Source of the DNA: Chlamydiales bacterium
GTDB taxonomy: Bacteria; Chlamydiota; Chlamydiia; Chlamydiales; JAAZZY01
Length of the DNA stretch: 64,000 bases
Reading direction: 5' to 3'
NCBI GenBank assembly: GCA_965206695.1
Contig: CBDBKM010000002.1
Location: 1-64,000, forward strand
Numbering within the stretch: position 1 is the first letter of the stretch; every line of letters begins with the position of its first letter. Under the pieces are notes generated by a model. That model did no database searches and was not told the DNA's origin. It worked only from the letters and a program-made list of their open reading frames with translations. Positions 1-10,153 of the stretch are shown one piece after another. The position numbers and the translations under genes are program-made.

Positions 1-435
1 ATTACTTTAGCGAAAACTTAAAACGGTTCGAATTAACTCTAGTTCCTTTTTATCAGTTCCGGCACTATGGAGGCAAAGAACGATACCCCTTTAACTTTAT
101 AGATACTACATTTGATATTTATGGAGGACGAACTGAAATAAGTTATCAATTTTAGCTACCCATCATTTAATTCTTTCTTTTTTTTGATATTTTCCGGTCT
201 TAAAATTTAAGACTTGATTATACACTACTCTACAGCAACCAAAGCTTTTTGCAAGTAGCTCTTTTTGTTGTGTCGTTGGATAGAATCTAAATTTATAAGC
301 TTTTTTAATGATCACGCGTTACATTATATGATTGGTTGCCGGATATTTTTAAGCATGGAAAGACGGCAAACTTCAAAAACAGCTATTTTAATCTTATCTA
401 TCATATTATCCGGTATACCAAGTACAGAAGGTATA

Positions 436-1590
436 TACTGCTCGTAGCTGAATCAGAGAATTCATCTTGAAGGACAATGAATATGATTAATAATAATTTT
501 TTGAAAATTATCGTTAATTCTTTGACCTAATTGCTCTTGCATTTTTGGAATTTCTTCAAAAAAGAACGCTCGGATAGCGTCACTGAAATCAATACATTTC
601 TCGTAGCACTTATTGTAAGTTTTTTTCTCCCTCATCACCTTCCGGAACCTCTCTATTGGATTCAAATTGGGTGAATATGGAGGCAAGTAATGGATTTTCA
701 TCTTTGATGTAATAAGAAATTCATTAATCTTTTTGTTTTTATTGGATCGGCCATTATCACAAATAATCTGAATGGATTCTGCACCGGATGACTTTTCCAA
801 ATCTTTTAGAAAGTTTATTACATTATCGGCATTTATCGTATCATATTCTTGTGCAAAGACTTCCGTCTTAGCAAGCGATAAAGCCCCGAGAAAATGTATT
901 CTAAATTGTTTGCTCGTAGTCGGGAGCGTTTGTATCTCTCCCTTCTTTATCCGGCCGGATACGGCTTGAGACCGGAATTCAGGATGCACTGCATCCAAAA
1001 AATAAATCTTCTCGCCTTTTCCTAATTTAGCTTTCAAGCGCATGTATGACTCTATAAAATCTTGTTGCCTTTGTAGATCTAACTTTCCCGGAACTTTCAA
1101 TGGCTCTTTGTAGGTAAACGCATGATCTTTGAGCCAAGAGGTTATTCCGGATACTGAATAAATGATGTTATATCGTTCTTTGACGTACTTACAGATTTGT
1201 TTTGCATGAAAATAGTTGAATATTTGAAGGTCTTCCAACAACTCTTGCGTCCGTATTGTATTTAGCTTACCGACGCTTCCGCCTTTAGGGACGTGATTCG
1301 TTTTTGTAAACTCTTCGTATTCCGTCAAATATCGATATACGCTTGCTATAGCTATTCGATGAGCTTGAGCGATTGACTTGGGAGAGACATTCCTTCGCTT
1401 CTTGCTAAAATCACACATAAACATAATCGTTCATGCATATTACGAGTTTTTCTTGCGCGATTCTCAAGATTAGATTTTATCTTTTGGTGAAAGGTGCATT
1501 TATAATATCGATCAAAATTTAAAAAAGTAAGGTTACTCAATCACTAACTAATTTTTCAACAAAATTTCTCTTATTCAGCTACGAGCAGTA
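436..1590 (-). mobile_element. IS630-family element (type A)
   Basis: Terminal inverted repeats tactgctcgtagctgaat / attcagctacgagcagta, flanked by TA. Confidence 0.9.
462..1424 (-). CDS. IS630-family transposase (N-terminus probably frameshifted)
   Basis: DAVHP, DNGR and YLPPYSPNLNPIE DDE motifs. Confidence 0.9.
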   Translation of the reverse strand: MFMCDFSKKRRNVSPKSIAQAHRIAIASVYRYLTEYEEFTKTNHVPKGGSVGKLNTIRTQELLEDLQIFNYFHAKQICKYVKERYNIIYSVSGITSWLKDHAFTYKEPLKVPGKLDLQRQQDFIESYMRLKAKLGKGEKIYFLDAVHPEFRSQAVSGRIKKGEIQTLPTTSKQFRIHFLGALSLAKTEVFAQEYDTINADNVINFLKDLEKSSGAESIQIICDNGRSNKNKKINEFLITSKMKIHYLPPYSPNLNPIERFRKVMREKKTYNKCYEKCIDFSDAIRAFFFEEIPKMQEQLGQRINDNFQKIIINHIHCPSR

Positions 1591-1670
1591 TATACAAAAT
1601 CAAAAAAAACAATTAGACACTATCATCCCAATGCTAAAGCAAAGGGTTTTCTCGATTGATTGTCATAAAT

Positions 1671-1699
1671 AAAAAAAGAGAGGTTTTAAAGACCTCTCT
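1671..1699 (-). terminator. Rho-independent terminator for ORF 1736-1975
   Basis: agagaggt-tttaaag-acctctct hairpin preceded by an A run (U tract on minus strand). Confidence 0.6.
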
Positions 1700-1735
1700 G
1701 TAATTTTCATGAAAATCGATAAGACGTTCTAATAA

Positions 1736-1975
1736 TTAAACATATTCGTCATATGAATCTACCGATTCAGCTTCTTCGATTTCATCTACTTCTAATAAAT
1801 CTTTAAAACGTCTTCTTTTAGCAAATAAGCTTCTTGGGTCCTTTCCTCCTCCGATCTTACCCGATGCCTCACTCATTCCGTTACCGTTGACTCTAATAGC
1901 CTTATCCGGCCCTTGGTCGATTCGTGATATTGCATCTTCTCTATCCGGAGGGATAGGGGCTGTTGTCATACTCAT
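1736..1975 (-). CDS. Hypothetical protein with acidic C-terminus
   Basis: 79 aa ORF with AGGAG RBS upstream and a terminator downstream. Confidence 0.6.
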   Translation of the reverse strand: MSMTTAPIPPDREDAISRIDQGPDKAIRVNGNGMSEASGKIGGGKDPRSLFAKRRRFKDLLEVDEIEEAESVDSYDEYV

Positions 1976-2124
1976 ATTAAAATCTCCTTATCTACTATAG
2001 ACTCCCTTTTATATTTACTATTATACAAGTTCTTTAAAAAAAAGTCCACTACAACTGATATTAAATACAAATAACAACAATCTTAATTAACTAATAAATA
2101 ATGGTTTAAAAAATATTAAATTAT

Positions 2125-2155
2125 AAAAAGAGGCTTTAAAAAGGCCTCTTTTTTT
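2125..2155. terminator. Bidirectional-type terminator after npt1
   Basis: aaaagaggc-tttaaaaag-gcctctttt hairpin with A/T tracts. Confidence 0.7.
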
Positions 2156-2186
2156 ATAAAGCATTGAATATAACTATGTTATATAA

Positions 2187-3764
2187 TTAAGAGCTAACAG
2201 TTACTCGCTCAGAAGAATGAGCCGAAACAGCTTCTTCCTTTGTTGCTTTTTCAGAAGCTCGCTGTTGCTGTGCTGCTGTAAGCGTAGCAAACTGTCGCCC
2301 TAAAGATTTTCCTGCAAAAATCCAAACAACTACAACACCAACGACAACAATAGCCACATATGGAGCCATCGCCGCTATAGAACCTAAACCAACAATTAAT
2401 CCTTGTTGTATTAAAGAACCACCGGATTTACCTAATCTAGCCCCCACTACATCAATAGCAGCTTTTCCCTTTACCTTAGAGTCAGAATCTAAAGGAATAT
2501 AAGCAACCTCTTTCGTTGGGTCAAAGCATGAATACTTTGAAGATTTGGTCAAAATATTCTGAATAGCACCTAACATAACAGCAAATAATAACGGTGTCGC
2601 TCCAAAAAAGGCAGTAACACCTGTTAAAGAATCTTTAAATAAAACAAATGCGAAGAATGTAACCCCGGTGATTAATAACATCACAGGAGTAAATAAGGCT
2701 GTAAATGTCCATCCTTTACGACGCAGAAGATTACCACCGATAAATAAAGTCATAAAAATAGTCACTGCACCGGTGACAAATGAGAAATTCCCCATAAAGA
2801 TACTATAATCAATTGCGTTAGGATATTGCATTTTTAACTGACTCTTCCAAGTAACCTCGATAAGATTAATAGCAATTCCATAAGCAATAACTAAAAGAGC
2901 TAAACAACCAATATATTTAGATTTTGCTAAAAATTTGAAACTTTCAACCAAGCGCATTTTTGGTTTTTCTTTAGCTCGTCTCACATCAGCGGGATCATAA
3001 AAACGGCTATCGGTCAATACATACTTATTGATCCACCAGTAACAAGCACCTATTATAATACTCGATAGAAATACGAGTCCCATTAAATAATGTAAAGAAA
3101 CTCCCCAAGCATCGACTCCTTGTGGTAGTCTTTCCCGAATCATGGAACAAGCCACAATTGCTTTACCGGAAAATAAAAGAGCTACGTTAGCTCCAACTAA
3201 AAAAGTAGCGTAGAAACGCTTAGCTTCTGATACCCTTGTGATATCATTTGCAAATCCCCAAAAGACCAGTGAAAGCATAACACTTCCCCATAGCTCAGCC
3301 ATGACATAGAAAACAGCATATGTCCAATTTCTGAAAATTGAAATTATTCCCATCATTCCTTGAGGAAGATGACTTTGTAACCAGTCTGCTGCAACTGTAG
3401 GATGGAGAATGTCTTTTGCCGGATAAAGGACCCAAGCAAAAGTAGCAAAGAAAACCATAAAAGGTATAAGTACAGCAAAAAACAACTTCTGCTTACTTAA
3501 TATATTACTTAACTTTGCATACACAATTAGGAAAACTACAGCACAAGGAACAACAAGCCATACCTTAATAAAAGGAATAGCTTCAGCTCCCGAACCCGGA
3601 GCGGTTACAACTAATGTATCTTTAGTATCTCTTAAAATTGTGTAATTAAAAGAGATAAAAAAGAACATCAAAAACATTGGCAAAACTTTTTTCAGTTCAA
3701 AGCCATGAATAGGCCATAAATATGACCGCCATTTACTAAAGGATTGTTCTGTCACTTCTGACAT
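2187..3764 (-). CDS. npt1: ADP/ATP translocase (NTT/TLC family)
   Basis: FNYTILRDTKD, AELWGS, FWGFAN, FDPTKE and GKSGGS motifs; position next to ddbA-ytg as in Chlamydia. Confidence 0.93.
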   Translation of the reverse strand: MSEVTEQSFSKWRSYLWPIHGFELKKVLPMFLMFFFISFNYTILRDTKDTLVVTAPGSGAEAIPFIKVWLVVPCAVVFLIVYAKLSNILSKQKLFFAVLIPFMVFFATFAWVLYPAKDILHPTVAADWLQSHLPQGMMGIISIFRNWTYAVFYVMAELWGSVMLSLVFWGFANDITRVSEAKRFYATFLVGANVALLFSGKAIVACSMIRERLPQGVDAWGVSLHYLMGLVFLSSIIIGACYWWINKYVLTDSRFYDPADVRRAKEKPKMRLVESFKFLAKSKYIGCLALLVIAYGIAINLIEVTWKSQLKMQYPNAIDYSIFMGNFSFVTGAVTIFMTLFIGGNLLRRKGWTFTALFTPVMLLITGVTFFAFVLFKDSLTGVTAFFGATPLLFAVMLGAIQNILTKSSKYSCFDPTKEVAYIPLDSDSKVKGKAAIDVVGARLGKSGGSLIQQGLIVGLGSIAAMAPYVAIVVVGVVVVWIFAGKSLGRQFATLTAAQQQRASEKATKEEAVSAHSSERVTVSS

Positions 3765-3831
3765 ATTAAGGCGCCTCTACATTTTAATTAAAAAAGACAA
3801 ATAATTGGTTAAATACAAAAATTGAAAAACC

Positions 3832-3859
3832 AGTATAGCCTATAATTGTTAAAAATCAA
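3832..3859 (-). promoter_or_regulatory. Candidate sigma66/70 promoter of npt1
   Basis: TTGATT-N16-TATACT on the minus strand. Confidence 0.5.
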
Positions 3860-3982
3860 GAAGAAATATAGTCAAAAAAGAAAATGCTTGTCTTTAAAAT
3901 TAAAGATTTTAGTATTCATTTTTTAATAGCAGCAAATTCTTTAGTTATCATTATTAAGAGGGGATAACAAAGTAATTTTTCA

Positions 3983-4019
3983 AAAAAAAAGCTTGGAAAA
4001 TGACATCCAAGCTTTTTTT
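3983..4019. terminator. Terminator after ddbA-like gene
   Basis: aaaaaaagcttgga-aaatgaca-tccaagcttttttt hairpin. Confidence 0.75.
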
Positions 4020-4043
4020 CAAATATGAGATATTTGAATAAAT

Positions 4044-4607
4044 TTACCAGTTACTAGAACTAATTGCACTAGAAAGAACATTGCCGGCACCAACTAACTC
4101 TTCAGAATCGCCTTCTGCTTTTGCAGCAGCAAGAGCTTCAACGTAGTCTCTCCAAAGTCTTTCATGAGCTTCGTTATTGCGAATAGAAGCAATAAGATCT
4201 CTTTTATATGCTGCAAGAGATTTCTTAGGGCTTAACTTAACAATCATCTCTCTATCACCAATCCGTTTTGCCATTTCCAGTAATCTTTCTAACTCCATAC
4301 GAGTAAAAGAAAGACCATCACGTCTTTTACGAGAACCCCTAGCCGCACGAGCTTTTGGAGATACTGAAGAAGGCTTATCTGATGATAAAATAAATTGATT
4401 AATCATATCGGTAAGCTTTTTAGGCTGCTCTGTCTTCATTTTTCTCATTGTAAAATGATGCATATATCCACCGGTAGTAACGGGCAGATACCTACAAATA
4501 TCATTTTCTTTCTTTCCGTCAATTCTTTTAACCGCTTTACGAATCAAATCTTCTAATTTCTGCATGACTTTCATGTCCGCTTCGGAAAAATTATCTTCCA
4601 TGCTCAT
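4044..4607 (-). CDS. ddbA: Chlamydial DNA-binding protein, CT066/DdbA-like
   Basis: KKENDICRYLP..GGYMHHFTMRKMK and RAARGSRKRRD motifs; synteny between npt1 and ytgA. Confidence 0.75.
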   Translation of the reverse strand: MSMEDNFSEADMKVMQKLEDLIRKAVKRIDGKKENDICRYLPVTTGGYMHHFTMRKMKTEQPKKLTDMINQFILSSDKPSSVSPKARAARGSRKRRDGLSFTRMELERLLEMAKRIGDREMIVKLSPKKSLAAYKRDLIASIRNNEAHERLWRDYVEALAAAKAEGDSEELVGAGNVLSSAISSSNW

Positions 4608-4930
4608 CTATAACCTACCTTGTGTTTCGATAATTATTTCGATAAAAAAAATCGAAATAATTATTCCATTTTAACTTTAGACATCAAATAACTCTATATT
4701 ATGTACTTTCATAGGGTTGATAGCCTCTCATACTAGAGCATTAATAAATAAAAAAACTTTTATTGTTTATTGCATATTCAAATGATAGATATCATATATC
4801 CCTGCAATTAAAACGTTATAAAAAATTAAAAACTAATTGCCTTATTAAGGCATCGGGTTTGATTCATTTCAAGCTCAATCAAACAGAAGCTTGAACGTTT
4901 AATTCTCTGTCTGGCATTTTATTAGTTCTA

Positions 4931-4959
4931 AATTTAATAAAACCCATGCTTTTTTGCAA
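4931..4959 (-). promoter_or_regulatory. Candidate sigma66 promoter of ddbA (implies about 320 nt leader)
   Basis: TTGCAA-N17-TAAATT on the minus strand. Confidence 0.4.
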
Positions 4960-4991
4960 GATAAACATCTTGAATTAGATTATTATAGAAA

Positions 4992-5039
4992 GATTATCCT
5001 TAAGGATAATCATCAAAACCTTAAGGATAATCATCAAAA
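4992..5039. repeat. 20-bp perfect palindrome plus 21-bp tandem duplication
   Basis: gattatccttaaggataatc (4992-5011); ccttaaggataatcatcaaaa x2 (4998-5018, 5019-5039). Confidence 0.9.
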
Positions 5040-5310
5040 TAGATTTGATTTTTCCCAAAAAAACTTTGATGAAACAGTTTATTTTCTTGATTAAATTTTT
5101 ATATAAAAAAATAGGCTCTAAAAGTATGGAGAAGACTTTTGTCTAATTAAGTTGACAAGAAAAAAATATTTATTTTCTAAAATAAAACGAATGCTATTAA
5201 TAAAAATCTTCGCAAACAAAAATTGATTAAAAAAAATTAAACCGATGATTTTTTAGATTAAATATTATTAAAATTTATATTAGGATCCTTATTAAAGCCT
5301 CTATCAAAAC

Positions 5311-5339
5311 TTGCATCAAATTCGATAGTTCCCCATACT
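5311..5339 (+). promoter_or_regulatory. Candidate sigma66 promoter of the ytg operon
   Basis: TTGCAT-N17-CATACT. Confidence 0.5.
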
Positions 5340-5422
5340 AGTAGGTTCTTTTACTAAAAAAGAATAATTAAAGGAGTATATCAATACTTAACTTTATCAA
5401 AAATTTTAATATCGGAAGAAAT

Positions 5423-6436
5423 GTGTTACGTCCATTTTTATTTATCGGCCTTATCTTATCTACCTGCATAATTTTTTTTTCATGTATGACAAACTTAGAT
5501 AGGCAAAATCAAACTCATGTAAAGAAATGGATGCAACAAGATAATAAAATTAAGGTTTTATCAACAACAGGTATGATTAGCGATACTGTTCAAACAGTTG
5601 GTGGAGATCATGTTGATTCATTAACCTTAATTAAAGGAGATCTTGATCCTCATAGTTACGTTCTTGTTAAAGGAGATGATGAAAAGTTTCATCGAGCAGA
5701 TATTATATTCTATAATGGTTTAGGTTTAGAACACAGCCCCAGCATCCGGTATCATCTCACCAATTCACCAAAAGCCTTAGCTTTAAGCAATGTTATTCAG
5801 AAGAATAACCCCAAGGCAATTTTATGGGTAGATGGGAAAGAAGACCCTCATATATGGATGGATATATCCTTATGGGCTCAAACTATAGATCCTATTGTTG
5901 AACACTTAAGCCAACTTGACCCGGAACATGCTAATGATTATAAAATCAATGGGGAAATCTTATTTAAAAAGATGCAGCTGAAAAATCAAGAAGTCCGTAA
6001 TGAATTACAAGCAATACCGGATAATAAACGTTACTTAGTTACAAGTCATGACGCCTTTAACTATTTTGCTAAGGCTTACCTAGCTACCGAAGAAGAAATG
6101 AGCCATAATACCTGGCATGAACGCTTTCGAGCTCCCGAAGGTCTAGCTCCCGATACTCAATTAAGTACTAACGACATTCAAGACATTCTTTCTCATTTGT
6201 GCCGGTACCATATTCAATACCTTTTTATGGAATCCAATGTTAGCCCTGATTCAATAAAAAAAATTGTTCATGCCGGAAGAGAAAGAGGTCTTGATTTAAA
6301 AATTGCTGACGTTATTTTATATGGTGATGCAATGGGAGAACCCGGTACTGAGGGTCAGACTTATTTGGGAATGATCCAACACGATGCTAATGCGATCACC
6401 AACACTCTCAACCAAACAAGTCCTTATGAAAGATAA
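5423..6436 (+). CDS. ytgA: Fe/Mn/Zn ABC transporter substrate-binding lipoprotein (TroA/YtgA)
   Basis: DPHSY, NGLGLE, DPHIWMD and HDAFNYF motifs; lipoprotein-like signal. Confidence 0.92.
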   Translation: MLRPFLFIGLILSTCIIFFSCMTNLDRQNQTHVKKWMQQDNKIKVLSTTGMISDTVQTVGGDHVDSLTLIKGDLDPHSYVLVKGDDEKFHRADIIFYNGLGLEHSPSIRYHLTNSPKALALSNVIQKNNPKAILWVDGKEDPHIWMDISLWAQTIDPIVEHLSQLDPEHANDYKINGEILFKKMQLKNQEVRNELQAIPDNKRYLVTSHDAFNYFAKAYLATEEEMSHNTWHERFRAPEGLAPDTQLSTNDIQDILSHLCRYHIQYLFMESNVSPDSIKKIVHAGRERGLDLKIADVILYGDAMGEPGTEGQTYLGMIQHDANAITNTLNQTSPYER

Positions 6437-7214
6437 TAATGAGAACAAACCTTTAGCTTTAAAGGTCGAACATCTAACCGTAAATTATGATAAAACGCCT
6501 GTTTTATGGGATATTTCTTTAAGTATTCCTTCCGGATGCTTAGTAGGAATTATTGGACCAAATGGAGCAGGCAAAAGTACTTTTATTAAAACCATAATAG
6601 GTTTGATTAAAGCTATTTCAGGAAAAATTGAGCTATCAGGAAAAACGCTTAAGCAAACGCGAAAAAATGTCGCTTATGTGCCTCAAAAAGAAGCTGTTGA
6701 TTGGGAATTCCCTATCACAGCATTAGATGTTGTCTTAATGGGACGTTATGGTCATCTTGGACTCTTTCGATGGCCGAGAAAAGCTGATAAAGAAGCCGCT
6801 AAAGAAGTTTTGAAAAGAGTCGGTATGGAGGCGTTTAGTCATCGCCAAATCAATCAATTATCCGGTGGGCAACAACAAAGGATATTTTTAGCACGAGCAT
6901 TATTACAAAATGCTGATATTTATTTTATGGATGAGCCTTTTTCGGGCGTGGATTTAGCAAGTGAAAAAGTCATCATGCTTCTCCTTAATGATCTCAAAAA
7001 ACAGGGTAAAACGGTATTCGTTATTCATCATGACCTAAATAATATTGAAACGTATTTTGACCGGGTCATCATGTTAAATATGCGTCTCATAACTTATGGT
7101 AAAACCTCTGAATGTTTTACATCAGAGATGTTAAGCAAAACCTTTGGCAAAAACAATCTCCTCTTAAGTGAAGTTATGAAATTATCTCAAAATAAAACGA
7201 TGGGCATTAAATAA
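6426..7214 (+). CDS. ytgB: Metal ABC transporter ATPase
   Basis: GPNGAGKST, LSGGQQQR and DEP motifs; ATG at 6426 is the likely start. Confidence 0.92.
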   Translation: MKDNNENKPLALKVEHLTVNYDKTPVLWDISLSIPSGCLVGIIGPNGAGKSTFIKTIIGLIKAISGKIELSGKTLKQTRKNVAYVPQKEAVDWEFPITALDVVLMGRYGHLGLFRWPRKADKEAAKEVLKRVGMEAFSHRQINQLSGGQQQRIFLARALLQNADIYFMDEPFSGVDLASEKVIMLLLNDLKKQGKTVFVIHHDLNNIETYFDRVIMLNMRLITYGKTSECFTSEMLSKTFGKNNLLLSEVMKLSQNKTMGIK

Positions 7215-8563
7215 TGTTTTCTTCATTTGTCTTTTTCTACTTCACTGATCCTGTTTTAAGAGCCCCCACAATTGGTTGTATGCTTATGTGTGTCGCAGCC
7301 TCTTTGATAGGCGTAATTGTGTTCATTCGTAAACGTTCTTTATTGGGAGAGGCTTTATCTCACGCTACTTATCCCGGTGTCGTTTTAACAACTCTTTTAA
7401 CAGCCCGTTTTACATCAACTTTAGAACCCTTATTACCAATCATTATTCTTGTAGGGGCCGGAATCACCTCCTTATTAGGAATTTGGATAATGGAAATCAT
7501 GGAACGCCGGATGAAAGTACGATATGATTCAGCTCTATGTTTTATACTCTCCTCTTTCTTTGGTATCGGAATCACTTTTGCCAGTTACATTCAATTCACT
7601 CATACCTCGTTATACCGACAAGTGCAGACCTACCTTTATGGTCAAGCTGCAACTATGACTGACCTACATATTGTAATATATAGCTTGCTGGCTTGTTTAA
7701 TCATCACTGTCATTGTCCTATCATATAAAGAAATTCAAGCTGTCAATTTTGATAGAGATTTTTCTAAGATTGTTGGTATTCGAACAAAATTGATTGATAA
7801 CGTTATTTTTCTTCTTATTATTTTAGCCATTGTTATTGGCATTAGAAGTGTCGGTCTAATTTTAATATCCGGCATGCTCATTGCTCCTGCTATTGCAGCA
7901 AGGCAGTACACCAATACCCTTTCCTTCATGTTTTTGTTGGCAGGTACTTTCGGCTTATTCAGCGGATTTTTAGGCATGGTTTTTTCTGTAGAATTGTCCC
8001 GAATCTTTACTCAAGTTGGAGCTACCCGTTCCGTGTCACTTGCAACCGGACCAATGATAATATTAGTCGCCTCCTCTATTTGTATCCTATCCCTATTTTT
8101 TTCTCCGAAAAAAGGGTTAGTTTTACGTTATATCCGGATTACTTTTTTTCGCCATGAATGTTTATTGGAAAATATACTTAAATCGATCTGGCGCCTCAGT
8201 TGCTCCGGATTAGCTCATATATCTGAAATAGCTAAATATCAGAATATATCACGATTACACCTCTACATTCTGATCTACTTTCTAATAAAACAAGGATGGT
8301 TAACGAAAGAGAAACCCTGTCATTATCAATTAACTCAGGACGGGAGACAAAGGGCAGCAAGAATTGTACGTCTACACAGGCTTTGGGAGGTTTATTTAGT
8401 AGATTATTTAGGCGTAGGTGAAGAAAAAGTCCACCCTAGTGCTGAAGAAATGGAACACATTATTACACCTGAGATTGAAAGAACTTTAACTGAATTAATG
8501 GATGATCCTAAACAAGATCCGCATAAACAACCTATACCTCCACCCCAAACAATTTTAGAATGA
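7214..8563 (+). CDS. ytgC: ABC permease fused to a DtxR-type metal-dependent repressor (YtgCR)
   Basis: ABC-3 permease (EALSHATYPG) followed by RLHRLWEVYL..VHPSAEEMEH..DPHKQPIP, a DtxR-like domain. Confidence 0.92.
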   Translation: MFSSFVFFYFTDPVLRAPTIGCMLMCVAASLIGVIVFIRKRSLLGEALSHATYPGVVLTTLLTARFTSTLEPLLPIIILVGAGITSLLGIWIMEIMERRMKVRYDSALCFILSSFFGIGITFASYIQFTHTSLYRQVQTYLYGQAATMTDLHIVIYSLLACLIITVIVLSYKEIQAVNFDRDFSKIVGIRTKLIDNVIFLLIILAIVIGIRSVGLILISGMLIAPAIAARQYTNTLSFMFLLAGTFGLFSGFLGMVFSVELSRIFTQVGATRSVSLATGPMIILVASSICILSLFFSPKKGLVLRYIRITFFRHECLLENILKSIWRLSCSGLAHISEIAKYQNISRLHLYILIYFLIKQGWLTKEKPCHYQLTQDGRQRAARIVRLHRLWEVYLVDYLGVGEEKVHPSAEEMEHIITPEIERTLTELMDDPKQDPHKQPIPPPQTILE

Positions 8564-8566
8564 TTT

Positions 8567-9628
8567 ATGATAGCGTATTTTAATCCATATTATGATAAAA
8601 ATATCATCAGTTTTTTTACCACCCTTTTCATGCGTATAACCGGTTATATTAGCGGCCACGTTGCAATTAATGAATTGGCTTCTGATGAACTCCAAATACT
8701 TGTTTTAGCAGGAGTAGCGATTTCTGCTTCTTTGGTAGGCGCCTTTTTAATACTACGCAATATTACCATGCTCGCTAATGCCTTATCCCATACTATCCTT
8801 CTAGGAATTGTTTTAGCTTTTCTTATCACCATCAAGCAAGCAGGTGATAGTTTTTTTCAACCTATTGATATGCGAGTCATGTTGATTGCTGCGATCTTGA
8901 CCGGATTGCTAACAACCTTTCTAACCGAAGCCATCATGAAATTTACAAAACTGCAACAAGATGCAAGTATTGGTATTGTTTTTACAACACTTTTTGCTTT
9001 AGGTATTGTTATTGCCACCCTTTTTACTCGTAATGCCCATATTGGCACGGAAGTTGTTACAGGAAATGTCGATGCTTTACATATTCATGACCTAAAATTA
9101 ATTTATATTATTCTAACTATCAACGTTGTTCTTTTTATCATCTTTTTCAAAGAATATAAATTAACAACCTTTGATCCGATATTAGCCAAAGCTTTAGGTT
9201 TTTCTACTTTATTTTTTAATTATCTTCTTATGATACAAGTTTCTTTCACAACAATCGGTGCCTTTCGAGCTGTTGGTGTTTTAATGGTATTAGCCTTTAT
9301 CGTAGGCCCTCCTCTGACCGCACGATTATTTACTCATCAATTACATAATCTATTATTTTTATCTATTGCTTTTGGAAGCCTTGCTTCTCTCTTAGGAGTT
9401 GCTACTGCAAGACACCTTCTATCTGTTTATAATCTTGCCCTTTCGACAGGCGGATTAACCGTTTGTTGGATCACTTTATTATATTTTATAGCGGTTATAA
9501 CAGCTCCTCAAAATGGACTAATAGCAAGGATCAACAATCGTTATAAAATTAAGCAATCAATTCAAGCACATTTGACAACTCCCAACACCCTCAAGAGAAA
9601 GGATTCCGCATTCAACGACCATTGCTAA
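8567..9628 (+). CDS. ytgD: Metal ABC transporter permease
   Basis: MLANALSHTILLG and AFRAVG motifs; hydrophobic. Confidence 0.9.
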   Translation: MIAYFNPYYDKNIISFFTTLFMRITGYISGHVAINELASDELQILVLAGVAISASLVGAFLILRNITMLANALSHTILLGIVLAFLITIKQAGDSFFQPIDMRVMLIAAILTGLLTTFLTEAIMKFTKLQQDASIGIVFTTLFALGIVIATLFTRNAHIGTEVVTGNVDALHIHDLKLIYIILTINVVLFIIFFKEYKLTTFDPILAKALGFSTLFFNYLLMIQVSFTTIGAFRAVGVLMVLAFIVGPPLTARLFTHQLHNLLFLSIAFGSLASLLGVATARHLLSVYNLALSTGGLTVCWITLLYFIAVITAPQNGLIARINNRYKIKQSIQAHLTTPNTLKRKDSAFNDHC

Positions 9629-9629
9629 C

Positions 9630-9648
9630 AAACCTGAGTTTTGGGTTT
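9630..9648. repeat. Orphan IS982-like terminal repeat, identical inverted copy at 44058-44076
   Basis: aaacctgagttttgggttt / aaacccaaaactcaggttt. Family assignment is from recalled end motifs. Confidence 0.5.
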
Positions 9649-9777
9649 CAATGACCATAGGTAAGATATCCTGATGCTTTTCCAACTTAATTGAAGGTTT
9701 TTTTCTTGATGAGAGTACGCAATGAGAGAACCAAGTAAGTTAATAAAAAAATTAGAGATACTACGATGGCGTGTATT

Positions 9778-9907
9778 GCCTTTTCAACTATGAAGTGCAA
9801 TAAATAGGCCCCCCCCTCATTATACCTCAAATTTCTTTGATTGAAAACCTCTATAGGCATTTTAAAATTCAAACGTTTCCTTGGTCTGTTATTTAATAAA
9901 TTTGCTA
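9778..9907 (-). mobile_element. IS30-family 3' end remnant
   Basis: Minus strand reads NLLNNRPRKRLNFKMPIEVF; second copy of the end at about 14501-14585. Confidence 0.75.
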
Positions 9908-10153
9908 TTAGACGTCTTTCGAAATTAAATTTTTGATTATAGCATCCTATTTTAAAAGTAGGTTTATATCATAAAATTTGAAAAAATTCGAACTTTGAAA
10001 GATGCAAAGTTTCGTCGTTTAACAGGTATAAAAAAATCAATATTCGATAGAATGATATTCACATTAAACACATCGATTAGAAACAGAAAAACTCTTAGTG
10101 GAAGAAAAAAGCAACTAAGTTTAGAAGATACATTATTAATGACTTTAGAGTAT
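9908..10153 (+). mobile_element. IS5-family (ISL2-like) 5' remnant, truncated by IS630-B
   Basis: KFRRLTGIKKS..LSLEDTLLMTLEY; near-identical to 18183-18421. Confidence 0.75.

Larger units (their letters stand above)
1..1664. mobile_element. Degenerate IS200/IS605 element (divergent tnpB and tnpA remnants), interrupted by IS630-A; continues beyond window start
   Basis: Minus strand about 215-307 reads KAYKFRFYPTTQQKELLAKSFGCCRVVYN (TnpB N-terminus). Plus strand 356-435 and 1591-1615 match the start and end of the tnpA remnant at 46848-47236, with the middle deleted. Left-end hairpin at 1623-1664 followed by ATAA (TTAT target). Confidence 0.8.

Noticed and set aside
462..1424. CGG codon reassignment (Arg to Trp or Gln)
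   Set aside because: CGG replaces both Trp and Gln and only after C. CCGG is also frequent in other frames and in non-coding DNA, and TGG is used normally. A DNA-level bias explains this better.
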